From positions 1 to 29,498 of IMG/VR virus record IMGVR_UViG_3300021121_000021: a stretch of 29,498 nucleotides of DNA; one strand, written 5' to 3'. Source of the DNA: a virus (Duplodnaviria > Caudoviricetes). Positions 18,501 through 26,859 of this stretch are shown here, one piece after another. The stretch's first letter is position 1. Every line of letters starts with the position of its first letter. The notes under the pieces are model-generated. The model had not been told where the DNA came from. It saw nothing but the letters and a program-made list of their open reading frames with translations, and searched no databases. Position numbers and translations under genes: made by a program.

Positions 18501-20472
18501 GATCTTCAACTGTAAGAATATTAGCTGTTACACCCTGAATGTTACCGGCATAAATGTTACCAACAACCCATAAGTCTTTGCCAATACTTGCACCGCCATA
18601 AACTTGTAATGCACCAGTGGTTGCACCTGTAGCATTAGTAGTATTTGTAATTAAGACTGTTGAACTGCCACCTGCGTTTACGTTACCAGCAACAGAAAGT
18701 GCACCGCCTGTTGTTAAATTACCACCTGTGATTGTACCAGTTGCTGATACAGCACCAGCTGTGTTTACGTTTCCGCCGTTTACATTACCAGTTGCAGTTA
18801 CGACACCACCTGTGACTAAGTTGCCACCAGTTACGTTACCAGTTGCACTAGCAGTACCACCTGTAGCTAAGTTACCGCCTGTGATTGTACCTGTGGCAGA
18901 TACCACGCCGGCTGTAGTTACGTTACCACCTGTAACGTTTCCGGTTGCGCTAACAAGACCGCCTGTGTTTACGTTACCGCCGGTTACGTTACCACTTGCG
19001 CTAACTGTAGCAGAGTTAACCGCTGATGTGATGTTTGCATTACCACCTACTAGGTTACCAGTTGCACTTACTGTAGCAGCTTGTAATAATGTTGCAGCAA
19101 TTAAGTTACCGCCGTTTACGTTACCAGTTACGCTAACCGAGCTGCCAGTCATTACACCGCCAACTACGCTAGCAGCAGTTACAGTTCCAGAAGTAGAAAT
19201 AGCTCCAGATGATAATAAGTTACCGCCTGTGATATTACCTGTTGCTGATACAGCACCACCTGTAGTTACGTTACCACCAGTTACGTTACCTGATGCCGAA
19301 ATTAAACCACCTGTAGTTACGTTACCACCAGTTACGTTACCAGTTGCCGATACAACACCACCTGTGTTTACGTTTGCGCCAACTACATTACCTGTTACGC
19401 TTAGTATATTACCAACAGTATTAAATGTTAAACCTGCTGTAGCTGCTAAACTACCGTTATTGTTAAATTGAACTTGAGTATTTGAACCTGCAGCAGTTAC
19501 GTTGCCACTAATATTACCTATGAATGTACCAACAAAATATCCTGCTGTTGTAATATTACCGGTTGCCGATACTTGGCCGCTAGTTAATATATTGCCGCTA
19601 GTTAAGTTGCCAGTAGCTGATATCAGACCGCCAGTTAATACGTTAGCACCAGTTATGTTACCGCCTGCACTTACTGTACCGCTGGTAGCTAAGTTGCCGC
19701 TGGTTACTGTACCAGTTGCTGATACAACACCACCTGTAGTTACGTTACCACCTATTACGTTACCTGTAGCCGATACTACACCTGCTGTGTTTACATTACC
19801 GTGTGTAGCATTACCAGCAGAACTCATAATACCGCCAGTTAAGACGTTACCGCCAGTTACGTTACCAGTAGCAGAAACTACACCGCCTGTGTTTACGTTA
19901 CCACCAGTTACGTTACCAGTAGCAGAAACTACACCGCCTGTGTTTAAATTACCGCCTGTGATATTACCTGTAACTACTAAGGCACCAGTAATATTACCAA
20001 TTGATACGTTGCCAAGAGTTGTAGTTCCTGTTACGCTAGCGTTGGCTGCTATTAAATTGCCAACCTGCATACCTGCAAAACTGCTAACTGTTACTGTAGT
20101 GTTAGTTACGTTACTGCTTGTATAAACCGCTTCAAATTGACCTGCTGATTCTTTCCAAACAAACGCTACGTTTGTGCTTGAGCCTCGATCGCCAATAAAA
20201 CCAATGTCAACAGTTGGAGAACCTGTTGCTGTACTAGCTAGTAAAAGCAGGGGATCTTCGATTGTAACGTTGATTGTGTTAACTTGTGTTGTAGTTCCTG
20301 AAACAGTTAAGTTACCTGTAACTGTAAGGTCGGAACCATATGTTAAACTATTAGCTAAAAGCCCTGATGTAATTGAATAAGACTGAACTCTGCTAGCAGC
20401 ATTAATACCTAAATAGGCATTTCCTGCTACTGCTGCTGAAATCTGGTTGTTATTAATTCGTGTAATTGCCAT
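15598..20472 (-). CDS. Large repeat-rich virion fibre protein, 1624 aa, with C-terminal chaperone domain
   Basis: Many 17-aa repeats GNVTGGNVxTGGxVSAT; QRP..GMLRYNT module; YADLAEMY domain; GGAG SD favours ATG 20472. Confidence 0.8.
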   Translation of the reverse strand: MAITRINNNQISAAVAGNAYLGINAASRVQSYSITSGLLANSLTYGSDLTVTGNLTVSGTTTQVNTINVTIEDPLLLLASTATGSPTVDIGFIGDRGSSTNVAFVWKESAGQFEAVYTSSNVTNTTVTVSSFAGMQVGNLIAANASVTGTTTLGNVSIGNITGALVVTGNITGGNLNTGGVVSATGNVTGGNVNTGGVVSATGNVTGGNVLTGGIMSSAGNATHGNVNTAGVVSATGNVIGGNVTTGGVVSATGTVTSGNLATSGTVSAGGNITGANVLTGGLISATGNLTSGNILTSGQVSATGNITTAGYFVGTFIGNISGNVTAAGSNTQVQFNNNGSLAATAGLTFNTVGNILSVTGNVVGANVNTGGVVSATGNVTGGNVTTGGLISASGNVTGGNVTTGGAVSATGNITGGNLLSSGAISTSGTVTAASVVGGVMTGSSVSVTGNVNGGNLIAATLLQAATVSATGNLVGGNANITSAVNSATVSASGNVTGGNVNTGGLVSATGNVTGGNVTTAGVVSATGTITGGNLATGGTASATGNVTGGNLVTGGVVTATGNVNGGNVNTAGAVSATGTITGGNLTTGGALSVAGNVNAGGSSTVLITNTTNATGATTGALQVYGGASIGKDLWVVGNIYAGNIQGVTANILTVEDPLLYLYSANTYPYNYDIGFYSHFSTTGPYPGNGYQHTGVVRDFNDNVWKFFSNVAEPTLGVVTFDANTVYDAVKMGAITSLGLITATGNITGANVNTGGLVTATGNVTGGNVNTAGVVTATGNITGGNVNTAGVVTATGNITGGNVLTGGIVSSTGNATHGNVLTGGVVSAGGNITGNSIIATGTATTGAYSAVFGNVSNVNAHGLAVAVLGGYANSSVQFAFQNYNGLSNASTDLALYNNNGTDTTFFIDMGITSSTFNGTAYGANIYGANDGYLYVVGNSATGPSYNAANVGNLILGSTNGQVIVFIGNASTSNAILTTSATGISVLGVVSANGNVTGGNLTTGGAVSATGNITGGNIATAGAISAAGNITANPSSYFIGNGSQLTGVAATTATALTNGTTNVTTTVNGNANITIGGTSNVVVFATTGQYVTGLISANGNVTGGNLNTSGVVSATGNVTGGNVTTGGLVSATGNVTGGNVTTGGLVSATGNVNGGNVISSALVQGVTVSASGNLVGGNANITSAVNSATVSATGNIAGGNVTTGGLVSATGNVTGGNVTTGGLVTVTGNVTGGNILTGGLVSATGNVTGGNLTTAGTAALGNIRISGDNITTVGANLTVNSANANINFRVSGTTSNVFVVDAATNTVVIGNATATAVTNAALNISTTNSMIIPVGTTSQRPSTPVTGMLRYNTTQGVIEYYTANAWTTAGTTFTIINADSFVGNGAQTAFTIGTASTTAATIVAINGVVQIPTTAYSVSGTTLTFTEAPAVSDIIDVRELTTTTTVIGLQNAAGNATFQGSATASEFDITGNLLPTANATYNIGSATATFNTIYAKATSAQYADLAEMYVADGIIEPGTVVVFGGNNEVTACGEDSSRRVAGVVSTNPSYLMNSGQAGDYVVPVALTGRVPVKVTGLVAKGDMMVATADGRARSETDPKVGSVIGKALADFNGTDGVIEVVVGRL
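16710..19980. repeat. Arrays of degenerate 51-bp coding tandem repeats
   Basis: Exact 51-bp tandem copies at 17021-17122 and 18065-18182; near-exact at 19853-19946. Confidence 0.9.
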
Positions 20473-20512
20473 CGCCAATCTCCATAAAGTTGTCTATCAA
20501 GGCTTATGATGT

Positions 20513-20520
20513 TATTTATG
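20513..20520 (-). promoter_or_regulatory. Late promoter box (CATAAATA)
   Basis: Intergenic, upstream of the large fibre SD. Confidence 0.7.
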
Positions 20521-20555
20521 GGGATTGAAAATTTTTAGGTTCGGACAAAGAAATA

Positions 20556-22472
20556 CTAATTGCTGATGGCTAAAACGTTGATTTTGTGCGGTCCTGGACC
20601 ACAATTTTCCAATGCTTTTCCAATAGTGACACCAGGTTGCCAGTCTTTGGAATTTAATCTACAGGCATAACCTTCAGTGTCGCTTGTGGTTAAAATATCG
20701 CCTTTTGATATTGGACCAATAACTAAACATGGCACTTGTCCAGCTAATGCTAATGGAACACTTGTTCCTTCGACCCCGGCATTCATTAGATATGCCGGAT
20801 CAGTTGATACAATTCCTGCTGCTCGCGAATCAGCATAGCTTACACAAGCAGTAACTTGATAATCACCACCAAATATTAATACTGTACCTGCCGGATAATT
20901 ACTGTCGCTTAAAAAGTTTTCTGCTAAGTCAGCATAAAGTGCCGTAGTTGCTGTGGCAAATACTGTATTAAAATATCCGCTCGAACTACCAATATTACCA
21001 ACACCGTTACCATTATTATTAACAATATTTCCTAATGATACTGTACCAGTTCCTACTGATAAATTACCGCCAATACCTAAACTAGAACTAAAATAACTGT
21101 TACCAGTTACACCTAGGCCGCCACCAGCAACTACTAATGTCTGTGTACTAACAGCTGATGCATTTGCTGTACCAATTGATCCTACTGTAGCTTGTGCAGA
21201 ACTAATAGTAAATGCAGTTGGACTTGAGTTGTTATTAATTCTAAAAAACAAGGAACCATTACTTGCGGCATTTAACCAAGTGCTTGTGCCATTCACTAAA
21301 ATACTATAGTTACCATTACCTGGAGTAATTGCAGTTGAATACAATGCAGCATAACTTCCGCCACCAGTCCAAGGCTGTAGTGCAATACCCTGCGTTCCCG
21401 AACCGCCTTGTAATGCACCTGTAGTAACTACATTGCCGGCAGTAATATTACCAGTAGCAGATACATTACCAGCTGAGATATTACCCAAATAAGTTGTTAG
21501 ATAAGAAGCTACATTGCTGTTACCATAGCTAGATACAATACCAGTTAACTGACTACCATTACCTAAAATATAACTTCCGGACACATTACCAGTTGCTGAT
21601 AAAGCTCCGGTAATGTTAACTGATTTTCCTGAGCTAGCAATTAGTATAACATTACCAGTACTATCTACTAATACTTCGGCATTGCCACTAGCATTGGTAA
21701 GGAAGTTGGTACTAGTCACACCTGCTAAGAAACGTATCTGTATAGTATCAGTTATAATCGGTGTAGTAGTAAAAGTAATAGTACTGCTAGATACTGTATA
21801 ATCTACATCCGGAGTCTGTGCTACACCATTGATACTAACAAGTATACTAGCCGATGTAGCAGTTTGATTTAGTGTGTATGAAGCATTGGTTCCATCTGGA
21901 TTGATAGTTTGATTAGTAATGGAAATACCGCCGCTAGTTCCTAAGGTTGACCAACCTATACCGTTATAGAATTCTAAAGAACTATCACTGTTATTGTATC
22001 TTATGGTTCCAGCTGTAGCTGTACCAGGACGCTGTGCGGTATTACCTACTGGAACTACAAATCCAGAATTTGTGTTAATAATAGCCAGGCTATTACTTGT
22101 TGGAGTAATTGTTATGTTTGCAGGACTAGTAGTTAATGATATTGTATCGTTTGTAAAACTAAAATTACCAATGTTGCTGTTGGCAGCAACATTGTCTACA
22201 TAAAATTTAGTAGCTGCATCTGAGCTAACCACTGGATCAGCTAAGTTATTAATATTAACATTACCGGCACTGATATTGCCGTTAAGAGCAATAATTACAT
22301 TACCAACCTGTAGGTTACCGCCTACGTCCAAAGTAGATTGAGGTGTACTGTTTAGTATACCTACACGATTATGTAATACATCAAAATAAGCAAGATTACC
22401 CTGTATAGTGAGGTTTGCACCACGCTGAAGGTTATCTGCAAGAATATTACCGGTTATGCGGTTGACGGCCAT
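20556..22472 (-). CDS. Virion fibre/appendage protein with C-terminal chaperone domain
   Basis: NLADPV..SDAATKFYVD, PVGNTAQRP..GTIRYN and YADLAENF modules. Confidence 0.75.
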   Translation of the reverse strand: MAVNRITGNILADNLQRGANLTIQGNLAYFDVLHNRVGILNSTPQSTLDVGGNLQVGNVIIALNGNISAGNVNINNLADPVVSSDAATKFYVDNVAANSNIGNFSFTNDTISLTTSPANITITPTSNSLAIINTNSGFVVPVGNTAQRPGTATAGTIRYNNSDSSLEFYNGIGWSTLGTSGGISITNQTINPDGTNASYTLNQTATSASILVSINGVAQTPDVDYTVSSSTITFTTTPIITDTIQIRFLAGVTSTNFLTNASGNAEVLVDSTGNVILIASSGKSVNITGALSATGNVSGSYILGNGSQLTGIVSSYGNSNVASYLTTYLGNISAGNVSATGNITAGNVVTTGALQGGSGTQGIALQPWTGGGSYAALYSTAITPGNGNYSILVNGTSTWLNAASNGSLFFRINNNSSPTAFTISSAQATVGSIGTANASAVSTQTLVVAGGGLGVTGNSYFSSSLGIGGNLSVGTGTVSLGNIVNNNGNGVGNIGSSSGYFNTVFATATTALYADLAENFLSDSNYPAGTVLIFGGDYQVTACVSYADSRAAGIVSTDPAYLMNAGVEGTSVPLALAGQVPCLVIGPISKGDILTTSDTEGYACRLNSKDWQPGVTIGKALENCGPGPHKINVLAISN

Positions 22473-22490
22473 TGTTTATCCCTTACTGTA

Positions 22491-22498
22491 TATTTATG
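22491..22498 (-). promoter_or_regulatory. Late promoter box (CATAAATA)
   Basis: Intergenic, upstream of AAGGGA SD. Confidence 0.65.
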
Positions 22499-22501
22499 GC
22501 G

Positions 22502-22900
22502 TTAAAGACTACTATGGATAACAGAAATTGGCTCGCCGTACGGTGGAGCACTTGTAAATGTAATATCGTATCCACCATTAACTGTATAAGCTGAAGTAGA
22601 ATCTTGATAAATTGAACCAACGAAAACCATAATTTGACTTGCTGTGCTTACCTGCTGGCTCATTGTAAAAACTGTTGTAGAACCATCGCCAGTGAAGCTG
22701 TCGATAGTGTAGGCAATAGCACCGCTATTAGCCAAGTTTACATACTGTGTTCCGTTAAAAAATTCTACATACCCTGTATCAATATTAAAACGTATAAGAC
22801 CAAATTGAGGTGCAAGTGGGCGTGTAGCAGAACCGCCTGCAGGTAATACTACACCAACAGATCCAGACTGCAATCGACGGTTCTTTACAAAATATCCCAT
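22502..22900 (-). CDS. Small putative virion protein
   Basis: Consists only of the RP..GLIRFN and DSFTGDGSTTVF modules shared with the fibres. Confidence 0.7.
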   Translation of the reverse strand: MGYFVKNRRLQSGSVGVVLPAGGSATRPLAPQFGLIRFNIDTGYVEFFNGTQYVNLANSGAIAYTIDSFTGDGSTTVFTMSQQVSTASQIMVFVGSIYQDSTSAYTVNGGYDITFTSAPPYGEPISVIHSSL

Positions 22901-23214
22901 TAAACTGATGTATAGCTTGTTACTGAATTAATTGCGTTAGCAATATTAGCATTAGCCTGTACGCTATCGCCGTTGCCTAATAGAATTTTTTCTGCGGCAC
23001 TATATATTTGATAGGTATCGCCTGCTGTTATTAATAGGTTAGCTAAAATTTGATTGCTAACTCCTGCTGATGCACCGCTGGGTACTACATACACGTTAGC
23101 AATTACATTACCAGCAGTATGATTACAAAAACTTAACCATGTAATAGCAGTATTGCCAGAACTTACATAAGCATTACCAACCGATGATCCAACGTTTCCT
23201 GTTGAAATTGTCAT
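22900..23214 (-). CDS. Small putative virion protein
   Basis: AAGGA SD; TAATG coupling to the next gene; beta-rich; EKILLGNGDSV motif. Confidence 0.7.
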   Translation of the reverse strand: MTISTGNVGSSVGNAYVSSGNTAITWLSFCNHTAGNVIANVYVVPSGASAGVSNQILANLLITAGDTYQIYSAAEKILLGNGDSVQANANIANAINSVTSYTSV

Positions 23215-23223
23215 TACGATTCC

Positions 23224-23835
23224 TTAAAATATGATTGCAAAGACAATGGCTTTGCTCTTGCTTACTAGTTCGTCGCTAACACTTGTACTTTGTACGTACA
23301 AACCTGTACCGCCCGAACCTACTGCATTATTATATAATGCCACTGCATTTGCTACGTTAGCGGGTGCAGAACCAATATTGCCAAGAACTTGGTATCCTTG
23401 TATATCAAACTTGTTTAAACTCTTATCAAAAGTTAAGTTTGCGGATCCACCAAAACTACCACTGTCATTAAACTGTACATAGGTGTTTGAACCTCCTGCT
23501 GGGGTTGAGGTATTACCAGCAGCAATATTAGCAAAAGAACTGTTATCACTAGAGATTTGCCATGAACCTACTGTTGTATTATATCTTAAACTGGCAAAAG
23601 TATTTGAAGTCTTTTGGGCAATTATACCTATGTTTGAATAGATTCCTGTATTGTTAGCAGCAAGAGTAATAAACGGATCGACAATATCTACCGCAGTAGA
23701 ATTAATATAAGTTATATTACCTTGGACGTCCAGGTTACCAAATACATTTAATGTATTTGTTGTTACATTTACGTTATCTCCGCTGTTTACCGATGTGATA
23801 TTGTAATCACCATCTATACGTTTATAAGTGGTCAT
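23224..23835 (-). CDS. Putative virion protein
   Basis: Shares GNLDVQG..IVDPFITL and GSNTYVQFN..G modules with the large fibre; AAGGA SD. Confidence 0.7.
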   Translation of the reverse strand: MTTYKRIDGDYNITSVNSGDNVNVTTNTLNVFGNLDVQGNITYINSTAVDIVDPFITLAANNTGIYSNIGIIAQKTSNTFASLRYNTTVGSWQISSDNSSFANIAAGNTSTPAGGSNTYVQFNDSGSFGGSANLTFDKSLNKFDIQGYQVLGNIGSAPANVANAVALYNNAVGSGGTGLYVQSTSVSDELVSKSKAIVFAIIF

Positions 23836-23852
23836 TGATAGATCCTTTGTGT

Positions 23853-23860
23853 TATTTATT
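23853..23860 (-). promoter_or_regulatory. Late promoter box (AATAAATA)
   Basis: Between terminator and SD. Confidence 0.65.
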
Positions 23861-23875
23861 CAAATAAACAGCCAT

Positions 23876-23902
23876 AAAAAATCCTCCCGGAGGAGGATTT
23901 TT
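23876..23902 (-). terminator. Intrinsic terminator
   Basis: AAAAATCCTCC-TCCG-GGAGGATTTTTT. Confidence 0.85.
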
Positions 23903-23915
23903 GTGTTTTAAACTA

Positions 23916-24908
23916 TTAGCTTGTATAGTTTGAAACCTGTGCAATAGTAATATTGCCGTTGCCGTTAGACCAAGTTTGACCTTCAGCACCAGATTTAGCT
24001 ACAGTTGTTGTACCACCTTCTGCTGTGAATGTTAGGCCACGTGTGTTACCTGCCGTAGTTACAACGTTTGCGCCACCTAAGCTAGCACTTAGTGTAAATG
24101 TTGTACTACCGTTAGTAGTAATAACGTAGTAAGTTGTTGCTGTGTTAGCATAACCAGAAATACTACCGCTACCAGTTAGATTACCAGTAACAGTAACAGT
24201 ATCACCAACGTTAAAGCTAGTGTAAGCATTGCTTGTAAATGTACCTGCGTTGCCTGTAATAGCAACGTTAGCAATAGTACCAGCATACTCAGGAGCAAAG
24301 AAGTTAACCGCATAACGTGTATTTGAAGCATCCCAAATATACTTGTTGGTTAGACGACTTGCATAAACGTTTCCGTTACCAGTATTAAGAGTCATGCTCA
24401 TCTGACCGCTGCTAAGTGTATTACTAGTTACTAATGTACAAATTGCAACATCGCTTCCGGTACCAGTATGGCCGGCGCGGCCTGAATTTGTTGCTGTAAA
24501 AATGTCGCCTACTGCTGGATTTGCTGGACCACCAATAGCATTCCAAACTGTATTACCTACGTTAGTAATAATATATGCAAAGCCTTTAGTAAAGCTACCA
24601 TCGTTAACTGTGTCTTCGGCTGCTACCAAGTACTTGGTTTGACCTTTTTGTCTAATGATGTAAGCATTACCGTTAACGCCGTTAACGTTAGCTTGAATAG
24701 CAACCACTGGGTATGCAGCAGACGAAACTGATTCAGCACCACCAACAACACCTAAGAATTGTGATCCGGTCATATCAGCTGGATAGTTTTGTGCTTCTAA
24801 TGTATTCCACGAAGGAAAACCTTGGTCAATAGCTACTCCAGTACCTTCCTGGTATTGGCCTTCACCTGAACCTGTTGAATATTTTTGAATTTTAAGAGGG
24901 CGTCCCAT
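23916..24908 (-). CDS. Putative abundant virion protein (MGRPL), 330 aa
   Basis: Strong AAAGGAG SD, own late box and terminator, YIIRQKGQTKYLV motif, G/T/N-rich. Confidence 0.75.
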   Translation of the reverse strand: MGRPLKIQKYSTGSGEGQYQEGTGVAIDQGFPSWNTLEAQNYPADMTGSQFLGVVGGAESVSSAAYPVVAIQANVNGVNGNAYIIRQKGQTKYLVAAEDTVNDGSFTKGFAYIITNVGNTVWNAIGGPANPAVGDIFTATNSGRAGHTGTGSDVAICTLVTSNTLSSGQMSMTLNTGNGNVYASRLTNKYIWDASNTRYAVNFFAPEYAGTIANVAITGNAGTFTSNAYTSFNVGDTVTVTGNLTGSGSISGYANTATTYYVITTNGSTTFTLSASLGGANVVTTAGNTRGLTFTAEGGTTTVAKSGAEGQTWSNGNGNITIAQVSNYTS

Positions 24909-24920
24909 TTGATTTCTCCT

Positions 24921-24995
24921 TTAAAGAAGTCCCATGCTGGTTCTAGCAGCTACGCGGTGGGTTAATACCGCATAAGACGCCGATTGCGTCATTTG
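24921..24995 (-). ncRNA. Candidate structured cis-regulatory 5' leader
   Basis: Three back-to-back hairpins in a GC-rich island between the late box and the SD. Confidence 0.5.
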
Positions 24996-25001
24996 AATAT
25001 G

Positions 25002-25008
25002 TATTTAG
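25002..25008 (-). promoter_or_regulatory. Late promoter box (CTAAATA) for the MGRPL gene
   Basis: Only minus-strand TAAATA core in the intergenic gap. Confidence 0.65.
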
Positions 25009-25035
25009 TAAATTTTCTAATATACTCAGTACGCA

Positions 25036-25042
25036 GTAAATA
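25036..25042 (+). promoter_or_regulatory. Late promoter box (GTAAATA) for the TPR-glycosyltransferase
   Basis: 5 nt before ATG 25048. Confidence 0.55.
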
Positions 25043-25047
25043 TCTCC

Positions 25048-26196
25048 ATGGAAACAGAACTTCTTATAGCTCACGGCAACAATCATCGCAGTCAACACAG
25101 ACCAGATTTAGCATTAGCCTGTTATGCACAGGCATTTGTACAAGATCCCGAATCTGTGTCAGCATTTAATAACTATGGAAATGTTTTACGAGAGATGGGA
25201 CACCCAGATCGTGCCCAACCTTTCTTAGAACATGCTATAAGACTTGATCCCAGGCACGAAACTGCACGATTTAATTTAGCTGTATGCCTACTACTAATGG
25301 GTAACTATCGGCAAGGTTGGGCAGCTTACGAGGATCGATGGAATTTTGAACACCTTAAAGGATTACTGCCTAATTTGCCTCAGCCTCGCTGGACCGGTGG
25401 AGATTTATCTGGTAAAACTATTTTAGTCATCGGTGAACAAGGTATTGGCGATACTATACAGTTTTCAAGATTTTGTACTACTTTAAGATTATGCGGTGCA
25501 GATCGAGTTATTATGGTTGTTGCTGAAACAATGGTTTCTTTGTTTAGTAACAACTCCAATTTTCAAGTAATTCCAGCAAACACACAATTGCCAGAATTTG
25601 ATTGTTGGACTCCTATAATGAGTATACCTGGTTACGCAGGAATTACACTCGAAAATCTCAATAGCCCATTGAGTTATATAGATCACGATCGAAATTTAGT
25701 ATCAAAGTGGAATGAGAGACTTGGTATTAAGAAAAAATTAAGAGTTGGATTTTCCTGGTCTGGTAGACGAGATACTTGGATCAATGAGCATAAATCAGTT
25801 CCGTTTAAATTAATAGCAGAAATGATCGAACGTAATCCCAATTACGAATGGATCAATCTGCAAGTCGATGCTAACGATGTCGAATCAAAAAAATTAAGTG
25901 AGTTAGGATGTGCTACGTATCCGGGTACGATCTCTACTATGGCAGATTCAGCTGCATTGTACGCTTGCTTAGATGTTGTAATAAGTGTAGATACAGCAGT
26001 TAGTCATTTAGCAGCAGCAATGGGTCGGCCAACTTGGGTAATGCTTAATCATTATGCTACTGATTGGCGATGGTTGCTTAACCGAAACGACAGTCCGTGG
26101 TATCCCACTGCTAGATTATTTAGACAACCTGATTTAGATGATTGGACTAGTGTTATTAAGCAAGTTGAACGACACTTAGATCTTTTTAAGATTTAA
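25048..26196 (+). CDS. TPR-repeat protein with GT-B (GT9-like) glycosyltransferase domain
   Basis: TPRs (AFNNYGNVLREMG, ARFNLAVCLL); EQGIGDTIQF, DVVISVDTAVSHLAAAMG, DWRW..DSPWYPTARLFRQ. Confidence 0.85.
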   Translation: METELLIAHGNNHRSQHRPDLALACYAQAFVQDPESVSAFNNYGNVLREMGHPDRAQPFLEHAIRLDPRHETARFNLAVCLLLMGNYRQGWAAYEDRWNFEHLKGLLPNLPQPRWTGGDLSGKTILVIGEQGIGDTIQFSRFCTTLRLCGADRVIMVVAETMVSLFSNNSNFQVIPANTQLPEFDCWTPIMSIPGYAGITLENLNSPLSYIDHDRNLVSKWNERLGIKKKLRVGFSWSGRRDTWINEHKSVPFKLIAEMIERNPNYEWINLQVDANDVESKKLSELGCATYPGTISTMADSAALYACLDVVISVDTAVSHLAAAMGRPTWVMLNHYATDWRWLLNRNDSPWYPTARLFRQPDLDDWTSVIKQVERHLDLFKI

Positions 26197-26855
26197 TCTA
26201 TTTGCCAACTCATTGCGTATTGATAATTCCAAGACGGACGAGTAACAGTATTGCTTTGGAATTCGTTGTTTGAATTAGTAGTGCTAGCTTCTTCGGTCAC
26301 TCTAACATAGAACAAATGATCTGAAAAGGAATCTCTTGCGCCGCCGTCAACTGAGCTACCTTGTATTACGTATAAATTATTTGGGCTAGTGTAACTTAAC
26401 AAATCTGGGTCCATTGCACGGCCACCTTGATCTGTATCTGTTGTTCCAATAAACTGAACATTGAAGCTATTATAACTGTTTGCATTAACTTGTCTTATGA
26501 CTTGCCAATTTCCTAATAGAGTAATTCTGCAACGATCTGGACCGTATGTAATTGAAGTTTTGGGATCGGTATAACTTTGTAGTGTATTACCAATTACAGG
26601 AATGGTCCAGTTTTCAGCGGTTAGGTATAATACACCACCTGACTGCGGATGCGGAGGGGGGTTGTAGGGTGCTTCATCGTAGAAGTAATCGCCGCCTGGA
26701 AAGGTAGGCCAGTTCAGACCTAACCCAAACGTTGCGCCATCGTTGTATCCTTGACGGCTAAAAAACCAGCGTCCTTGATCGATAACTGTGAGTCCGCTAC
26801 TTGCATTCAGTTCTGCTGAACCAGAATATCCAGGTGGTGTAATAAATGTAGGCAT
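26193..26855 (-). CDS. Hypothetical protein
   Basis: 220-aa ORF filling the gap, preceded by a late box; no recognised motif. Confidence 0.65.
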   Translation of the reverse strand: MPTFITPPGYSGSAELNASSGLTVIDQGRWFFSRQGYNDGATFGLGLNWPTFPGGDYFYDEAPYNPPPHPQSGGVLYLTAENWTIPVIGNTLQSYTDPKTSITYGPDRCRITLLGNWQVIRQVNANSYNSFNVQFIGTTDTDQGGRAMDPDLLSYTSPNNLYVIQGSSVDGGARDSFSDHLFYVRVTEEASTTNSNNEFQSNTVTRPSWNYQYAMSWQID

Positions 26856-26859
26856 GCTT

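Noticed and set aside
16710-19980. Repeat arrays as CRISPR or as a DGR template/variable pair
   Set aside because: In-frame coding repeats with no unique spacers; no adenine-specific mismatch pattern noticed; no cas or reverse transcriptase gene in the window
14716-22203. Long plus-strand ORFs rich in Val/Pro/Thr (for example 16493-17368, 18617-19471)
   Set aside because: Antisense shadows of the GGT-AAC-GTA repeat codons of the fibre genes; no SD or promoter
24921-24995. Leader as a tRNA
   Set aside because: No acceptor stem enclosing the hairpins and no T-loop consensus on the transcribed strand
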